Part shown: positions 24,679-40,376 of the stretch, in pieces
Position numbering within the stretch: the first letter of the stretch is position 1
Layout: each line of letters begins with the position of its first letter
NCBI RefSeq assembly: GCF_039654945.1
Contig: NW_027361688.1
Location: 1,178,001 to 1,242,000 of the forward strand
Direction of reading: 5' to 3'
Source: Dendrobates tinctorius
Taxonomy: Eukaryota
Length of the DNA stretch: 64,000 nt
Made by a program: the position numbers and the translations under genes
Notes under the pieces: model-generated
What the model saw: only the letters and a program-made list of their open reading frames with translations
What the model was told of the DNA's origin: nothing
Databases searched by the model: none

Positions 24679-25529
24679 TGTTATGAATGGGTCACCGAGG
24701 AGGAAAAGACTAAACAATGTCACAGAAAACCAGAGAGGTTGGTAACTATGCAGATTACAGATCCCTGATCCTAACCACAACTAGCAGCAGCCGTGGAGCG
24801 TACCTACGATGGTCCTAGACGCTTCGTCACAGCCGGAGGACTAAATAAGCCTAAAGCAAGAAAAGGGGAAAACTAACTGCCCCAGAGAAGACCCCAAAGG
24901 AAAGACAGCCCCCTCACATGTATTGATGGTGAAACAAGATGAAAGCACAAACACAGGCAGGAAAAAAGGCTGAGCAAATGATGGGGCCCAAACTAACTAA
25001 AAAGGATAGGAAAGGAAAGACACTGTCTGCAATCTGCCAAAAACCCTACAAAAATAATGTCCAACACTTCTGATAGCAAAATTAACCCTGAAGTCACTAG
25101 ACTTCTCCCAGTATATCAGCACTCTGAAATATTCTGAGACAGCAAAAAGAGGCCAATCTAATAAGGGACAAAAAGCAAATTGGCAAATACAGATAAATAA
25201 GAGTGGAAATTTAGCGCAGCCCCAGCCGGGGCTGGCTGACCACACAAAAAACTGAATAGACCAACAAAATCAAGTGTGAACATTAGCAGAAAAACTTAGC
25301 TTTAGATGACTGGAACAGAGCTGAAAACCAAGACCTGACAAGCCAGAAGGAATCACCAGCACCAGACTAGGGCGTCGGCTGTCTTAAATCCAGTCTGAGA
25401 TTCCTGAGGTCCAATCGTCATCCTCATTATCTGGTGGCAAATTTCTACTGATTAAATCAGCCTCACTACCTCCAGTTACCACCAGAGGGAGCCTGGAAGG
25501 AGAAGTCACCGAAAAATGAACTCACAAAG
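24679..25529 (-). mobile_element. LTR of a second LTR family
   Basis: Reverse-complement homolog of 27653-28477 (TGTTATGAATG... / ...GAACTCACAA). Confidence 0.75.
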
Positions 25530-28500
25530 TTTGTGTGGACTCTGGGGCGGAAGGCAATTTCATGTCATCTGCCTTCGCCCAACAACACGCAATCCACCTG
25601 GTATTGCTACCTCAACCAGTCACCATTAGGGTGGTGAATGGGGCGACACTTCCATCCCAAATCACCCACCAGACGGCTCCACTGAGACTCTCACTGTCTC
25701 CTCATCAGGAGATGCTGTCTCTTCTTGTGATGCCTGAAGGTATCGACCAGGTCCTCCTAGGGGTTCCCTGGTTACGATCCCACTCTCCCCACATAGAGTG
25801 GTCTTCGGGAAAAATCCTCGGTTGGAGAAAATCCTGCGAGGGAAGGTGTCTGAGGGACTGCGTACAGGTCGCCACTTCTGAGGTTCCTGAAGATCTCTCC
25901 TTGCTTCCCAAGCCATATCAGCAGTATGCAGACGTTTTCTCCAAGAAGGCGGCAGAGACCCTTCCGCCGCACCGCCCTTACGACTGTCCTATTGACCTCT
26001 TGCCCGGCGCTGAGCCTCCCCGGGGTCGAGTATATCCCCTATCTGTCCTGGAGACAGAGGCCATGTCTCATTATATCAGGGAGAATCTGGCAAGAGGATT
26101 CATTAGGAAGTCGGTGTCTCCGGCGGGAGTGGGATTCTTCTATGTCCAAAAGAAGAATGGAGATTTATGTCCGTGCATCGATTACAGGGGCCTTAACGCC
26201 ATAACCGTTAAGAACAAGTATCCTCTGTCCCTGATATCGGAACTGTTTGCTAGGCTACGGGGAGTGAGAGTGTTTACTAAGCTTGATCTGCGGGGAGCCT
26301 ATAACTTGATTCGGCTCCGTGAGGGGGACGAATGGAAGACGGCTTTTAACACCAGAGATGGGCACTATGAATACCAGGTGATGCCCTTTGCGTTATGTAA
26401 CGCCCCAGCCGTCTTCCAAGACTTTGTGAACGATATCTTCTGGGATATGCTTACCACCTCGGTAGTAGTCTATCTGGTCGATATTCTCATTTACTCTCCA
26501 GACATTGACTCCCACCGGAGAGCTGTTCGCAAAGTTTTCGATCTCCTGCTGGCCAACTCTCTTTATGCCAAATTGGAGAAATGTGTGTTTGAGCAGGAGT
26601 CTTTGCCTTTCCTGGGCTACATCATCTCAGCCCAGGGTTTGGCCATGGATCCTGCCAAGCTACAGGCGGTGATGGATTGGCAGGAACCCCATTCTCTCAA
26701 AGCGGTGCAGCGCTTTATGGGGTTCATAAATTACTATCGCCAATTCATTCCTCTTTTCTCAACTTTGGTAGCGCCCTTGGTCGCCCTCACCAAGAAGGGT
26801 GCAAATCCCAAACTGTGGTCGGAAACTGACTCCAAGGCCTTCGCCTCCATTAAATCCCACTTCGCTAGCGCTCCCATTCTACATCGCCCTGATGTAGATA
26901 AGCCCTTCATTCTGGAGGTGGATGCCTCCTCTGTCGGTGCTGGAGTGGTCCTTTTTCAGAAGGACTCGCAAGGTCAGAAACACCCATGCTTCTTCTCTAA
27001 GACCTTCACACCGGCGGAATTATTCCATCGGGGACAGGGAGTTGCTAGCAATGAAGCTGGCCTTCTCAGAGTGGAGACACCTCCTGGAGGTCGCTTGCCA
27101 CCCATTCCAGGTGTTCACCGACCACAAAAATTTGGTCTATTTACAGACAGCCCAGCGGCTGAATTCTCGCCAGGCCAGATGGTCCTTGTTCTCCCAATTC
27201 CATTTCACACTGCATTTTCTCTCCGGGGAGAAGAATGTCCGGGCCGATGCTCTTTCTTTCTCCGTGGTGTCATCGGAGGAGCCTCGACTGATAGTCCCAT
27301 CGGAGAGCCTGAGAACAGTGGCTCCGGTGGCTCTCGAGTCTGTACCTCCGGGCAAGACTTTTGTCCCTGCCCATTTGCGACCGGAGGTCCTCTCTTGGGC
27401 CCATTCGTCCAGAGTGGGTGGCCATTTCGGGATCAAACGGACCTCTGAACTCCTGGCAAGGGCGTACTGGTGGCCGCATATGGCCCGTGACGTCAGGGAC
27501 TATGTTCAGGCGTGCGTCTCTTGCGCCAGAATAGGTCCTCTCGGCAGCGGCCCGCTGGGCTACTTTATCCTCTGCCGGTAGTGGAGAGGCCCTGGGAGAT
27601 GGTCGGTATGGACTTTGTGGTGGGTCTGCCCAAGTCCAGTGGCAGCACCGTCTGTTGTGAGTTCATTTTTCCCTTCACTGTCGATGTCTGATGAACTCCC
27701 TCTTCTGGTGAAGGAAGGTAGTGAGGCTGATTACCAAACACCTGATCTTGTAGATGATGACTGGGTAACAGGAACTTCTGACTGGATATAAGGCAGCCGA
27801 CGCCCTCCTGAGTCGCTGGTGATTTCTCTGCTGGATTCTTGGAGACCAGTCTGATTCCTGCTTCCAAAGATAAGTTCAAAAGCAGAGCAAAAACTTATTA
27901 GTTTTGTTTTGTTTACCTTGTTTTTTGGAGTTCAGCCATCCCCGGTCGGGGGTGTGCTGAGTTCCATTTTTGTCTCTGATCAGTTTGTTTGTGTTTTTGC
28001 TCTGTCTTCAGAATTTACCTGAGTGCTGATATAGTCATTTTGAAGTCCTAGCGACTTCAGGGCCTGTTTTTCCTATCAGACGGTTGGGACATTTTTGGTA
28101 GGGTTTTTTACGGATTGCAGACAGCAGCTTTTCTATCCTGTCCTTTTTAGTTAGCTTGGGCCCCATCGTTTGCTCAACCTATCTTTCTATCTGTGTTAGT
28201 GTTTTCATCTTGCTTCACCGTCATTATATGTTGGGGGCTGCCTATTGCTTTGGGGTCTGCTCTGGTGCAGTTTAGATTTCCCCTTTCTTTCTTTAGGCCT
28301 ATTTAGTTCTCCGGCTGTGATCGAGGGGTCTAGGGCATCGTAGGAACCCCCCACGGCTACTGTTAGTTGTTGTGGATAGGATCAGGGGTCTGCAATCCGA
28401 TAGCTACCAACCTCTCTGGTTTTCTGGACTTAGCTTGTATTTTTGTTTTTTCCTCCTTCGGTGACTCATTCATAACAACCATCATTTGGGTGGTTACCAA

Positions 28501-30390
28501 TCATTTCTCCAAGATGGTGCATCTGGTACCACTCTCTCGGCTACCTTTGGCACGGGGCCTGGCAGCGTTGTTTATTAAACATGTTTTCCGCCTACACGGC
28601 ATGCCGGATAAGATTGTCAGCGACCGGAGTCCTCAGTTTGCGTCTCGGTTATGGAGAGAGCTCTGTTCTCTGCTCAGCATTGAGCTAAATCTATCCTCAG
28701 CCTATCATCCTGAAACGAATGGATTGGTTGAGAGAGCCAACCAGACCCTGGTGACATACCTGCAACATTTTGTCTCAGCCAGGCAGGATGATTGGGCATC
28801 CTTGCTGCCGTGGGCGGAGTTCGCCTTGAACAACGCTGTGGCCGACTCCACCGGTCAGACCCCATTCCTCTTAAATTACGGTCAGCATCCGCGCGTCCCC
28901 GTGCCCATGCCCGACTCTAGGGTGGCAGACTGGGCGGTGGAGGCACGTGACATTTGGAATCGCACGCAGGATGCTATCCGGGCCTCCAAGGAGAGAATGA
29001 GGTTCCTCCGCTGATACTAGCCGGCGCCCTGCTCTGACCTTCGCCCTTGGCGACTTGGTGTGGCTCTCCGCTCGAAACATCAGGCTGCGGGCGGAATCCG
29101 CTAAGTTCGCACCACGCTATATTGGCCCTTTCAAGGTCCTCGAGCAGATTAACCCTGTGGTCTACCGTCTGGCCCTTCCACCACACTTGGCTCTCTCAGA
29201 CACGTTTCATGTGTCTCTCCTTAAGCCAGTTCACATGTCCTGGTTTTCAGACCTGTCGTCTGACGAGTTGGAGGTCAATGCCATTGTGGGATGCAAGGTG
29301 ATGCGGGGCAAAAAGTTTTATCTGGTGGATTGGAAGGGTCATGGTCCAGAGGCTCGGACATGGGAGCCGGTGGAGAACATCCACGCTCCTCTTCTCATTG
29401 CGGAATAAGGCTCAGAGAGGGGGGGCCCTAGGAGGGGGGGTAATGTTAGGTGTCGGATTTCTGTCACTGCACAGTGAGAATCCCGAGCCTTACTTCCAGC
29501 GGTCTCCCATTCCTCTCCAGCCGCAGAGGAGGTTGCTCAGCAAACTTGTCGGTCCAGGCACTCTGCCCAGACCAGCTCCGTGGGTTTGCTTGCCACCTCT
29601 GGCAAAGCTATGGCAATACATGCTGCTCAGCAGCGAGATTCTCCAGGGACTAAGTCCCCATGTCGGGCCACTGAGCATGCCCGTGGAGTGATCTCCCATT
29701 GGAGATCGAAGGTCACGTGCTCAGGTTCTGCTCCTGTTCGGATTGGCCCATCCGAAAAGCCAGGAAGGTCCCGGATGCTCGCGACTATAAAAGGTTTGCA
29801 TGGCGGCTCGGCCATGCGCTAGGATAGACTGTATTTACAGACTATGTGGAGTGAGTGATGTATGCACGTATGAATGTCTCTGGTGAATGACTCATTAAGA
29901 AACCCCTACCCTTGGTACGCATGTGTTGTGCAGCCTAGCCTGCTAGCGCCCAGGCTTAGGCGTAGGTCGGTCAGAGGATGAGTCAGGCATCAGTCCTCAC
30001 CAGGGACTCGGCACACACGTGCTCCACACTTCATAGCCAGCGTCTATAGCGGCGTTCGCAGCAGTGACGCCGTGCGCTCAGTGGGCCTAGCGGGACTCTA
30101 ACCCCTTCTCCTTGCGGTAGAGTTCTGTGGCCGTACACTGTGTACTCTTTTGGTCGGGCTCTGTGAGCTAAACAGGTTCCGGCATCTACGTTCAGCGGTT
30201 GTGCAGCTCTGTGCATTAACAGAATTCGCTCCTGTTCACATTGGGTGACGTAACCCACGTGACTGTTTTCACACCGCTTAATTCTTCCGCCATTATCTAG
30301 CAGCAGTGTACCTCCTCTGCACGATGGAGCCCGGGCTGCGAATGTACCTACTACTATTTTATAATTTGGTGCGTTCCGCCAGCCCTAACA
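25530..30390 (+). mobile_element. Degenerate Gypsy element C (pol from protease to chromodomain, plus 3' LTR 29444-30390)
   Basis: ORFs 25535-27448, 26922-27581, 28367-29014, 29055-29408; RT motif mutated to YLVD; PPT then TGTTAGG...CCTAACA. Confidence 0.9.
27653..28477 (+). mobile_element. Solo LTR inserted in the integrase of element C
   Basis: TGTTGTGA...TCATAACA; flanks ACCGTC/ACCATC; integrase sequence (GST|IWVV) resumes after it. Confidence 0.85.
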
Positions 30391-31152
30391 AGTGGACTCT
30401 GTTACGTCACAGAGCCGCACTACCGCGGAACATAAATGCCGGAGTCTGTTAGAACTCACAGAGCGCACAGAATGCGGTCACAGAACTTTGCCCCAAGGAC
30501 ACGGGGTCAGAGTCCCTCTAGACCTACTGAGGACGTGGCATCGTACCTGTGGACGCCACTATAGACGCTGACTATGGTGGAGTGTCGAGCTAGTGCACCG
30601 TGGTATGAAGAGCCACCGGTGGACACATGCCAGTCTCTGCCTCTACCTACACCTAAGCCTGGGCGCTTAACAAGCTAGGCTACATAACACATGCGTACCA
30701 AGGGTAGGGATTTCTTAATGAGTCATTCACCAGAGACATTCATACATCACCCACTCCACATGGTCTAATCTTTGTCTATATTTGCGCATAGCTGGGCAGC
30801 CATGCTAAGCTTTTACAGTTGTAGGCTTTCGGGACCTTCCTGGTGGTCCAATCGGAGCAGAAACAGGACCTGAGCATGTGACCTCCGATCTCGAATGAGA
30901 GGTCATCCCATGGGCATGCTCAGTAGGAGAAAAGCAGGACTTGGTCCCAGGAGCGCCTGTTTTCCGCTGACTCATGCATGGTAGAATAGCTGAGCCAGGA
31001 GGAGCAACCAGACACCTAGCATTAACCTGGGCAAGACGCTGGGACCAATGTCTCTGCTGAGCAGGAACCTCTGCGGCTGCAGAAGAATGGAGACCTCAGA
31101 GGACATTGTTCAAGATGCCCCCTGTGCAGTGGGAGAACCTAGGCGCCTAACA
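30391..31152 (-). mobile_element. Partial Gypsy LTR, divergent subfamily
   Basis: Ends GGCGCCTAACA; homologous to the 3639-6118 and 3134-3219 LTRs. Confidence 0.75.
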
Positions 31153-31554
31153 CTATCACTGGTATTAACTGTTGGTTATCTCTATATATAAATCTGAATG
31201 TGTGTGTGCATCACCAACCAATCACGAAGCAGCAGAGTGGGACACCAACCAATCACGAAGCAGCAGAGTGGTGGAGAGCAGGGCTGAGGACGGATACAGC
31301 AGGAGAGTGGGGATGTGAGTAAGACAGTCTTCAGGACAGGGGCTGAATAGTGCGGGCACTCTCCCAGCCCTGTCCCGGCTCAGTCAGCGCTCCCCGTCGC
31401 AAACTGCGCTATCCCCCTCTCCCCTGCAGCTTCCCGGCGTAAATTTAGTCCCCGGCTTCTACTGCGGCCTACTACAGCGCTAGGCCAGGCCACCCAATCA
31501 CACACGCTGCAGCTCCGCCCACTCCTGCCGAACGAACAATCTGCGCACATCTTC

Positions 31555-32105
31555 CCTCTTAAAGGGATCTCCTGTATGGAAGTTAGGGCAAATCCCTCAG
31601 TGCTCTGATTCTGACACCAGGCCTCCATTAAAGGGATCATTGGTATGGAAGTTAGGACCGTTCCACTCAGCTCTGTGGTTCTGATCCCAGGCTCTCTTAA
31701 AGGGATCATTGGTATGGAAGTTAGGGCAAATCCACTCTGCATTTTGCTACTGACCCCAGGCCTTTCTTAAAAGGATCCCCGGTATGGAAGTTAGGTCAAT
31801 TCCACTCAGTGTTATGACCCCAGGCCCCTCTTAAAGGGATCCACCGTTTGGAAGTCAGGGCAATTGCCTTCAAATGCTCTGGTACTGACCCCAGGCCTCT
31901 ATTAAAGGGATTATTGGTATGGAAGTCAGGGAAAATCCATCCAGCGCTCTGGTTTTGACCCCAGGCCTCTCTTAAAGGGATCTCCGGTATGGAAATTAGG
32001 GTAAATCCCTCAGTGCTCTGATTCTCACCCCAGGCTTCTATTAAATGGATCATTGGTATTTAAGTCAGGGGAAATCCACTCAGCGCTCTGGTTCTGACGC
32101 CAGGT
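31555..32105. repeat. Degenerate tandem repeat of roughly 65-70 bp
   Basis: Recurring TTAAAGGGATC..GGTATGGAAGTTAGG..CCCAGGCCT. Confidence 0.8.
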
Positions 32106-32545
32106 TGACGGGATGATGTGGGATATTAGGGGGAGTAGTCCGGTGGCCTTGGCTGACGGGATGATGTGGGATATTAGGGGGAGTAGTCCGGTGGCTCTGG
32201 CTGACGGGATGATGTGGGATATTAGGGGGAGTAGTCCGGTGGCTTTGGCTGACGGGATGATGTGGGATATTAGGGGGAGTAGTCCGGTGGCTCTGGCTGA
32301 CGGGTTGATGTCTGATATTAGGGGTAGTAGTCCGGTGGCTCTGGCTGACGGGTTGATGTCTGATATTAGGGGTAGTAGGCCGGTGGCTTTGACAGGATGA
32401 TGTGGGATATTAGGGGGAGTAGGCCGGTAGCTTTGACAGGATGATATGGGATATTAGGGGTAGTAGTCCGGTAGCTTTGACAGGATGATATGGGATATTA
32501 GTAGTCCGGTGGCTCTGGCTGATGGGATGATGTGGGATATTATAG
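32106..32545. repeat. 48-bp minisatellite
   Basis: TGACGGGATGATGTGGGATATTAGGGGGAGTAGTCCGGTGGCTCTGGC, about 9 copies. Confidence 0.9.
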
Positions 32546-33216
32546 TGAATGGGGCTGTACACAGATATATATATATATATATATATATCTCTCTATCTCA
32601 TTATAATTTGTTTTAACTAACCATAGTTAGTTACTATGCCAGGGCAGCGCCGGGCTCTTCAGCTAGTCTTCAGCTCTACGTGAGCCGGATACATCGGCCA
32701 CTGAAGGGTTGACACTGAGTGTCTTTGGGGGGGAAGTGACCCTGTGCTGCCTGTGGGCGGAGCCATAGCCCTCCTGAGTGCTGATTGGCTGAGCACTGAA
32801 TATGAATTTCCCGCCCAACAGCTATTAGTTTCTCCGCTCTTTGTTCTCCTCAGTGTAACACGTGGTGTGATGGCGGCGGCTCCTGTCAGGCTGAGGAGAG
32901 CTGTAGACTCCTCACTATGTGAGTATTGTGTGTCCAGCATCATATGGCCGTATATACCGCTCTGTATCGGGGTTACACATCACTATATGATATACAGGAA
33001 GCTATACAACACAATGTGAGGTCTTATTTTTTCCCGCCCCCTAAAAAGAAATGTGCACTGTGCCAGGCCATTGATAGACAGCACTATACCCACTGCCTGG
33101 TGCAACTATACAATCTATACAACTCAGTGTTATACAGGGTCTCAGCCGTATAACAGATCAGTACACAGATCACACCAGAGATCAGCGGCGTCAGCTCCTG
33201 TGGGGATGGTGTGGGT

Positions 33217-33232
33217 GGCTCTTAGAAGAGCC
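33217..33232 (-). terminator. Histone 3' stem-loop (H2A copy 1)
   Basis: GGCTCT-TCTA-AGAGCC followed by ACCCA and a purine-rich HDE (GGAGCTG). Confidence 0.93.
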
Positions 33233-33270
33233 TTTGGGTTGTGTGGATGATACGGGGTCAGTGGCAGCGC

Positions 33271-34374
<1,104 letters not shown>

Positions 34375-35949
34375 TCTGCTCTGCACCCACAACCCAAAGG
34401 CTCTTCTAAGAGCCACCCACCCCATCTACATCAGAGCTGTGGCTGCTTCTTGTTCTGTTGCACTGACCGACAGTATCTGAGATGACCTGCAAAACGCTGC
34501 AGAACATAATATAACAAACCACCAGCATGTTGGATCACAGCACAGTATGGGTGGTATACAGCACCATATGAGGGTTTATTGCACTACATGGAGGAATATA
34601 GTATTTTCAGTGTATACAACAGTATATGGGGGTAAATGCTCAATATGGAGGGGGTAGATCACATAGTATAGCACTATATGTATACAGCACTAAACAGATA
34701 TTTAGCAACATTTTGAGGGTATACAACAGTAAATGGGGAACATTAAGCACTGTTTCGGTGTATACAGCAGGATATAACCCTTTGCTCCCCTGACCAGCGA
34801 TGATCATGGTGATGTCTCACGCCGCCATTGATCCGAGCAGGAGGAGACCGGTCTATGACTAGACATAATGTCCTGCAGATAAAAGCTGGAAAATAACAGG
34901 AAAAAGTGCGGGAAATTCCAAACCCCCAACAGCTCTGTGCTCCGCCCACATGTGAGGAGAAGCCGGTGACTGCAGATTTGGACCCCCAACCCCACTATAT
35001 GGATAATACTTGGCATAATTCACTCTGTACAGAAAAAAAGCAACATCTCATCATTCATTAACCAAACTATACAGTATATTATGATATAGAAAAATTTGTG
35101 AACGAGGGTAGGGTAATAATTGTATGCAGGTGAAAAGTGGGCTCCCAAAGTCAGTGTTACTGGAGGGCCCTTGGTACCGCAGTCTGCTCTGCTCTATGGG
35201 AGCCGGAAACATCAGCCACTGAAGGGTTAACACTGAGTGTCTACATGGAAGTGACCCTGTGGGCAGAGCCATAGCCCTACTGAGTGCTGATTGGCTGAGC
35301 CCTGAAAATGAAATTCCCACCCAATGGCTGATAGTTCCTCCGCTCTTTGTTCTCAGTGTAACACGTGGTGTCATGGCTGAGGAGAGCTGTAGACTCCTCA
35401 CTATGTGAGTATTGTGTGTCCAGCATCATATGGCCGTATATACCGCTCTATATGGGGGTTCTATTCCAATATATTTTATTTTATGCACTTATCTAGTGCC
35501 ATTAATTCCACAGCACCTCAGACATTCTCATCACTGTGCCCATTAAGACTCACAGTCTATATTCACCATCATTAAGGCTTTAGAGTGAGGAAACCCAGGT
35601 AATCATGGAGAACATACTACCCCCTGCAGATGTTATCCTTGGTGGGATTTGAACCCAGGACCCCAGCACTGCCCATCACTATATGGAGTATGGGAGGCTA
35701 TACAGCACAGTATGGCAGGTGGATGTGGATATTGTAAGAAATGTTTGGATAAAATGCGCCGCATCAACCTAATAGCCTGGCACAGTGGGAATATCGTCCA
35801 TACCATTTTTGCAGAATCTCAGCCATACAGCAGATCAGTACATACAGCTCACACCAGAGATCAGCGGCGTCAGCTCCTGTGGTGACGGTGTGGGTGGCTC
35901 TTAGAAGAGCCTTTGGGTTGTGTGGATGATACGGGGTCGGTGGCAGCGC

Positions 35950-36411
<462 letters not shown>

Positions 36412-36651
36412 TTATAACCTGTTGCTGCCCCGCCTCCTCTCCTGCCATTGGCTGGATCTGAAGTCACCAATGGAAACAAAACTTGTGGAAACACCAATGA
36501 GCTGCAGTGGGCAGAGATCATTACCTGTACATTGGTCACATGACTTTCTCACCCAATAGCACAGCGATCTGACAGCATTGCTCATTTGCATAACCGGTCT
36601 ATAAATACGGCCGCTCTGGGAGGAGCAGGATCATTATTCTTTCTCTAGTGA

Positions 36652-37050
<399 letters not shown>

Positions 37051-37692
37051 TCTGCTCTGTGCTCTGCACCCACAACCCAAAGGCTCTTCTAAGAGCCACC
37101 ACCCCGTCTACAGCAGAGCTGTGGCTGCCTGTATCCTGTTGCACTAACCAGCATTAAAAGAAAACCTGAAAAATATATTGCAGAAATTAACTCCCAGCAT
37201 GTTGGATTTCTATGTGAAGGTGTTCTAGATTTGATCATGGGGCTTGTGTGATATAGCTGGACTCAACAAAGTCATTCAATACTCAGCCACAACAACCTTG
37301 TACAGATGCAGGGACTAGGGACACTGCGCAGTTGGGTGTCGAAATTATTAAGGGACAAGAAACTTGTAAATGGTAATTTCTGTAAATATATCGTCAGGAG
37401 TGGGGAGGGCAACGATCTGTACAGATCAATTCTTGGATGGGAAAGGGTAAAGTGTCAGGGGAAGGACATGGTGGGTGTTCTGGTTATGAGTGGAGCTGCA
37501 GAAGTCTTGTGTCAGGCAGCAGCTGCAAAAAGCAAACAAGATTCTTAAATTGTATAGAGAATCCTGTGATCCCAATATTTGTGACCTCAAGTAAGTTATT
37601 TATAAAGGGGTAACATCTAAAATATGGGATCCAGTTTGAGGCTCCATATTTAAAAAAAAATATTAGAATGTTGAAGGCAGCAAGCAGATGAA

Positions 37693-38536
37693 GGCTATGT
37701 GCCCACGTAGCGTTTTAAAACGCAGACTAAAAACCGGACTCCTTCCCAGAAATCGCGCGGTTTTACCGCGATTTTCTCAAGCGCTTTCCAAGCGATTTGA
37801 AGCATCGCTTGGAAAGTGATTGACAGGTTGGTCACACTCGTCAAACATAGTGTTTGACGAGTGTGAGCAGCTTTTTACTATTGAGGCCGCCTATGCGGCT
37901 TCAATAGTAAAAGATAAAATGTTAAAAATGATAAAAAAATAAAAAATCGGGGCATATTTACCTTCCGACGTCCCGGGCCACAGTGTTCCCAGTAATGCCT
38001 TGCGAGACCTGTGATGACGTTGGTCTCGCGTTACTATAGCGATCTCGCGAGACTACGTCATCACAGGACCTTGCCGCAAGGCATTACTGGGAACGCTTAG
38101 GCCGGGAATGCAGCGCGGGACGTCGGAAGGTAAATATACCCCGATTTTTTTATTTTTTATTCTTTTTTTTACAGGGGTATGGTACCCAGGGCCTGGAGGA
38201 CAGTCTCCTCTCCTCCACACCGTGGGTACCAACCGCACATGAGACGCTTAACTTCCCGCATGGTGGGCATAGCCACATGCGGGAAGTAAGCGATTCTCAT
38301 GCATTCCTATGGGTGCGGAATCGCGGCAATTCTTTGCGATTCCGCACAATAGAATGAGCATGCTGCGATTTTTTTCCGCGATGCGATTCCGCCGCGGAAA
38401 AAAGCGCAGCATTAGCACAGCATGTGCGGAATGCCATAGGAATGCATGGGGGGCAGATACGTACATGATTTTTAAACGTTTTCGTGCTGAAAATCGCAGC
38501 AAAAACGCTTAAAAATCGCATCGTGGGCACACAGCC
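37693..38536. mobile_element. Harbinger-type non-autonomous element
   Basis: TIR GGCTATGTGCCCACG / CGTGGGCACACAGCC; 3-bp TSD GAA. Confidence 0.75.
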
Positions 38537-38539
38537 GAA

Positions 38540-40376
38540 GGCCTCTTTCACACCAGCTTTTTGCCATCAGTCACAATCTGTCAGTGAGTAAAAAAAGAGA
38601 TCCTGCGCAGATCATAAAAAACTGATGCACCGGATCCGGTTTTTTTTTACAGATCCGTTGCAGCAGCCGCTGTAGGAATTTTAACCCCTTAATGTCCAAT
38701 GACGGACACAGTCCGTCATCAGACATCTCCCCTGCTTTGATGAGGGCTCCGGCGCTGAGCCCGCATCAAAGCCGGGACATGTCAGCTGTTATGAACAGCT
38801 GACATGTGCCCGCAATAGGCGCGAGCGGAATTGCCGTCCTCCCGCGCCTATTAACTAGTTAAATCCCACTGTCAAACGCTGACAGCGGGCATTTAAATAG
38901 CATTTCCGGCCGCCGAACGGGAAATGACGTCATCGTCAACCCCCGTCACGCGATCGGGGGTCGGCGTCATGTTGCCTGGACAACCAGAGGTCTCTATGAG
39001 ACCTCTATGGTTGTTCCAGGCATATGGCTTTCAGCGCCACCCGATGGTCGGCGCTGAAAGCACAGCAGTAAATCTGCTACATATGGGCGATCTGCTCATC
39101 GCCCATATGTAGCAGAGCCGATCGGGTTGCGCATGCTTCTAGCCTCCTATGGAGGCTATTGAAGCATGCCAAAAGCAAAAAAAAAAAGTTTAAAAATAAA
39201 AAAAAATTAAAAAAACCTAAACGTTCAAATCACCCCCCTTTCGCCCCAATCAAAATAAAACAGTAGAAAAAAAATCCCACATACACATATTAGGTATCGC
39301 CGCGTTCAGAATCGCCCGATCTATCAATAAAAAAACATTAACCCGATCACAAAACGGCGTAGCGAGAAAAAAAATCAAAACGCCAGAATTATGTTTTTTT
39401 GGTCGCCAAGACATTGCATTAAAATGCAATAACGGGCGATCAAAAGAACGAATCTGCACAAAAGAGGGATCATTAAAAACGTCAGTCCGGCACGGAAAAA
39501 ATAAGCCCTCATCCGACCCCAGATCATGAAAAATGGAGACGCTACGGGTCTCGGAAAATTGCGCAATTTCTTTTTTTTTTTTTTAGCAAACTTTTGAATT
39601 TTTTTTCACCACTTAGATAAAAGAGGACATAGACATGTTTGGTGTCTATGAACTCGTAATGACCTGGAGAATCATAATGGCAGGTCAGATTTAGCATCTA
39701 GTGAAGCTAGCAAAAAAGCCAAGCAAAAAACAAGTGTGGGATTGCACTTTTTTTTTTGCAACTTCACCGCACTTGGAATTTTTTTCCCGTTTTCGAGTAC
39801 ACGACATGGTAAAACCAATGGTGTCATTTAAAAGTACAACTCGTCCCGCAAAAAAAAAAATAAGCCCTCACATGGCCATATAGACGGAAAAATAAAAAAG
39901 TTATGGCTCTGGGAAGCAGGGGAGGGAAAAATGAAAATGCAAAACCAAAAATTCCCCTGGTCGTTAAGGGGTTAAAGGAACAGAATTCGAGAGAGATTTT
40001 ATGTGCCAGAATGGCTTTCAGGGTTAAATTAAAGGAATAGAAATGATTCCATGCATGCTCAGTTGGAAAAAAAAATGGAATCCAGCGACGGATCCTGCGC
40101 CCATAGGCTTCCATTATAGCCCACGACGAATGACGCTGGATTCGTCGCTGTCCGACTTTTCGACGTACACGAAAAAAAGTTCCCGTGTCCGTTGTATCCA
40201 GCCGACGGACACAGAATTTCCGACGAATCCGTCAAAAGACGGGATGAAACGTGCGGCCATCCGTCGCTAATACAAGTCAACGAGAAAAAAACTGATTCAG
40301 CAAAATCAGTTGCTGTTTTTTTTTCACAAAACAGATTGTGACTGATGGCAAAAAAAGCTGATCTGTGACAGAGTCC
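38540..40376. mobile_element. Harbinger-type MITE interrupted by a piggyBac-like element
   Basis: GGCCTCTTTCACA...TGTGACAGAGTCC termini; related to the 52436 MITE. Confidence 0.65.
38685..39971. mobile_element. Non-autonomous piggyBac-like element
   Basis: TTAA|CCCCTTAA...TTAAGGGG|TTAA. Confidence 0.8.

Larger units (their letters stand above)
31179..32666 (+). mobile_element. Non-autonomous Helitron-like element containing tandem repeats
   Basis: A|TC 5' end (TCTCTATATATA); 3' GC-rich hairpin-like CCAGGGCAGCGCCGGG followed by CTAG|T. Confidence 0.6.

Noticed and set aside
37200-37690. Possible old CR1 remnant (AAAKANKIL-like tract)
   Set aside because: Too decayed to delimit or support by eye
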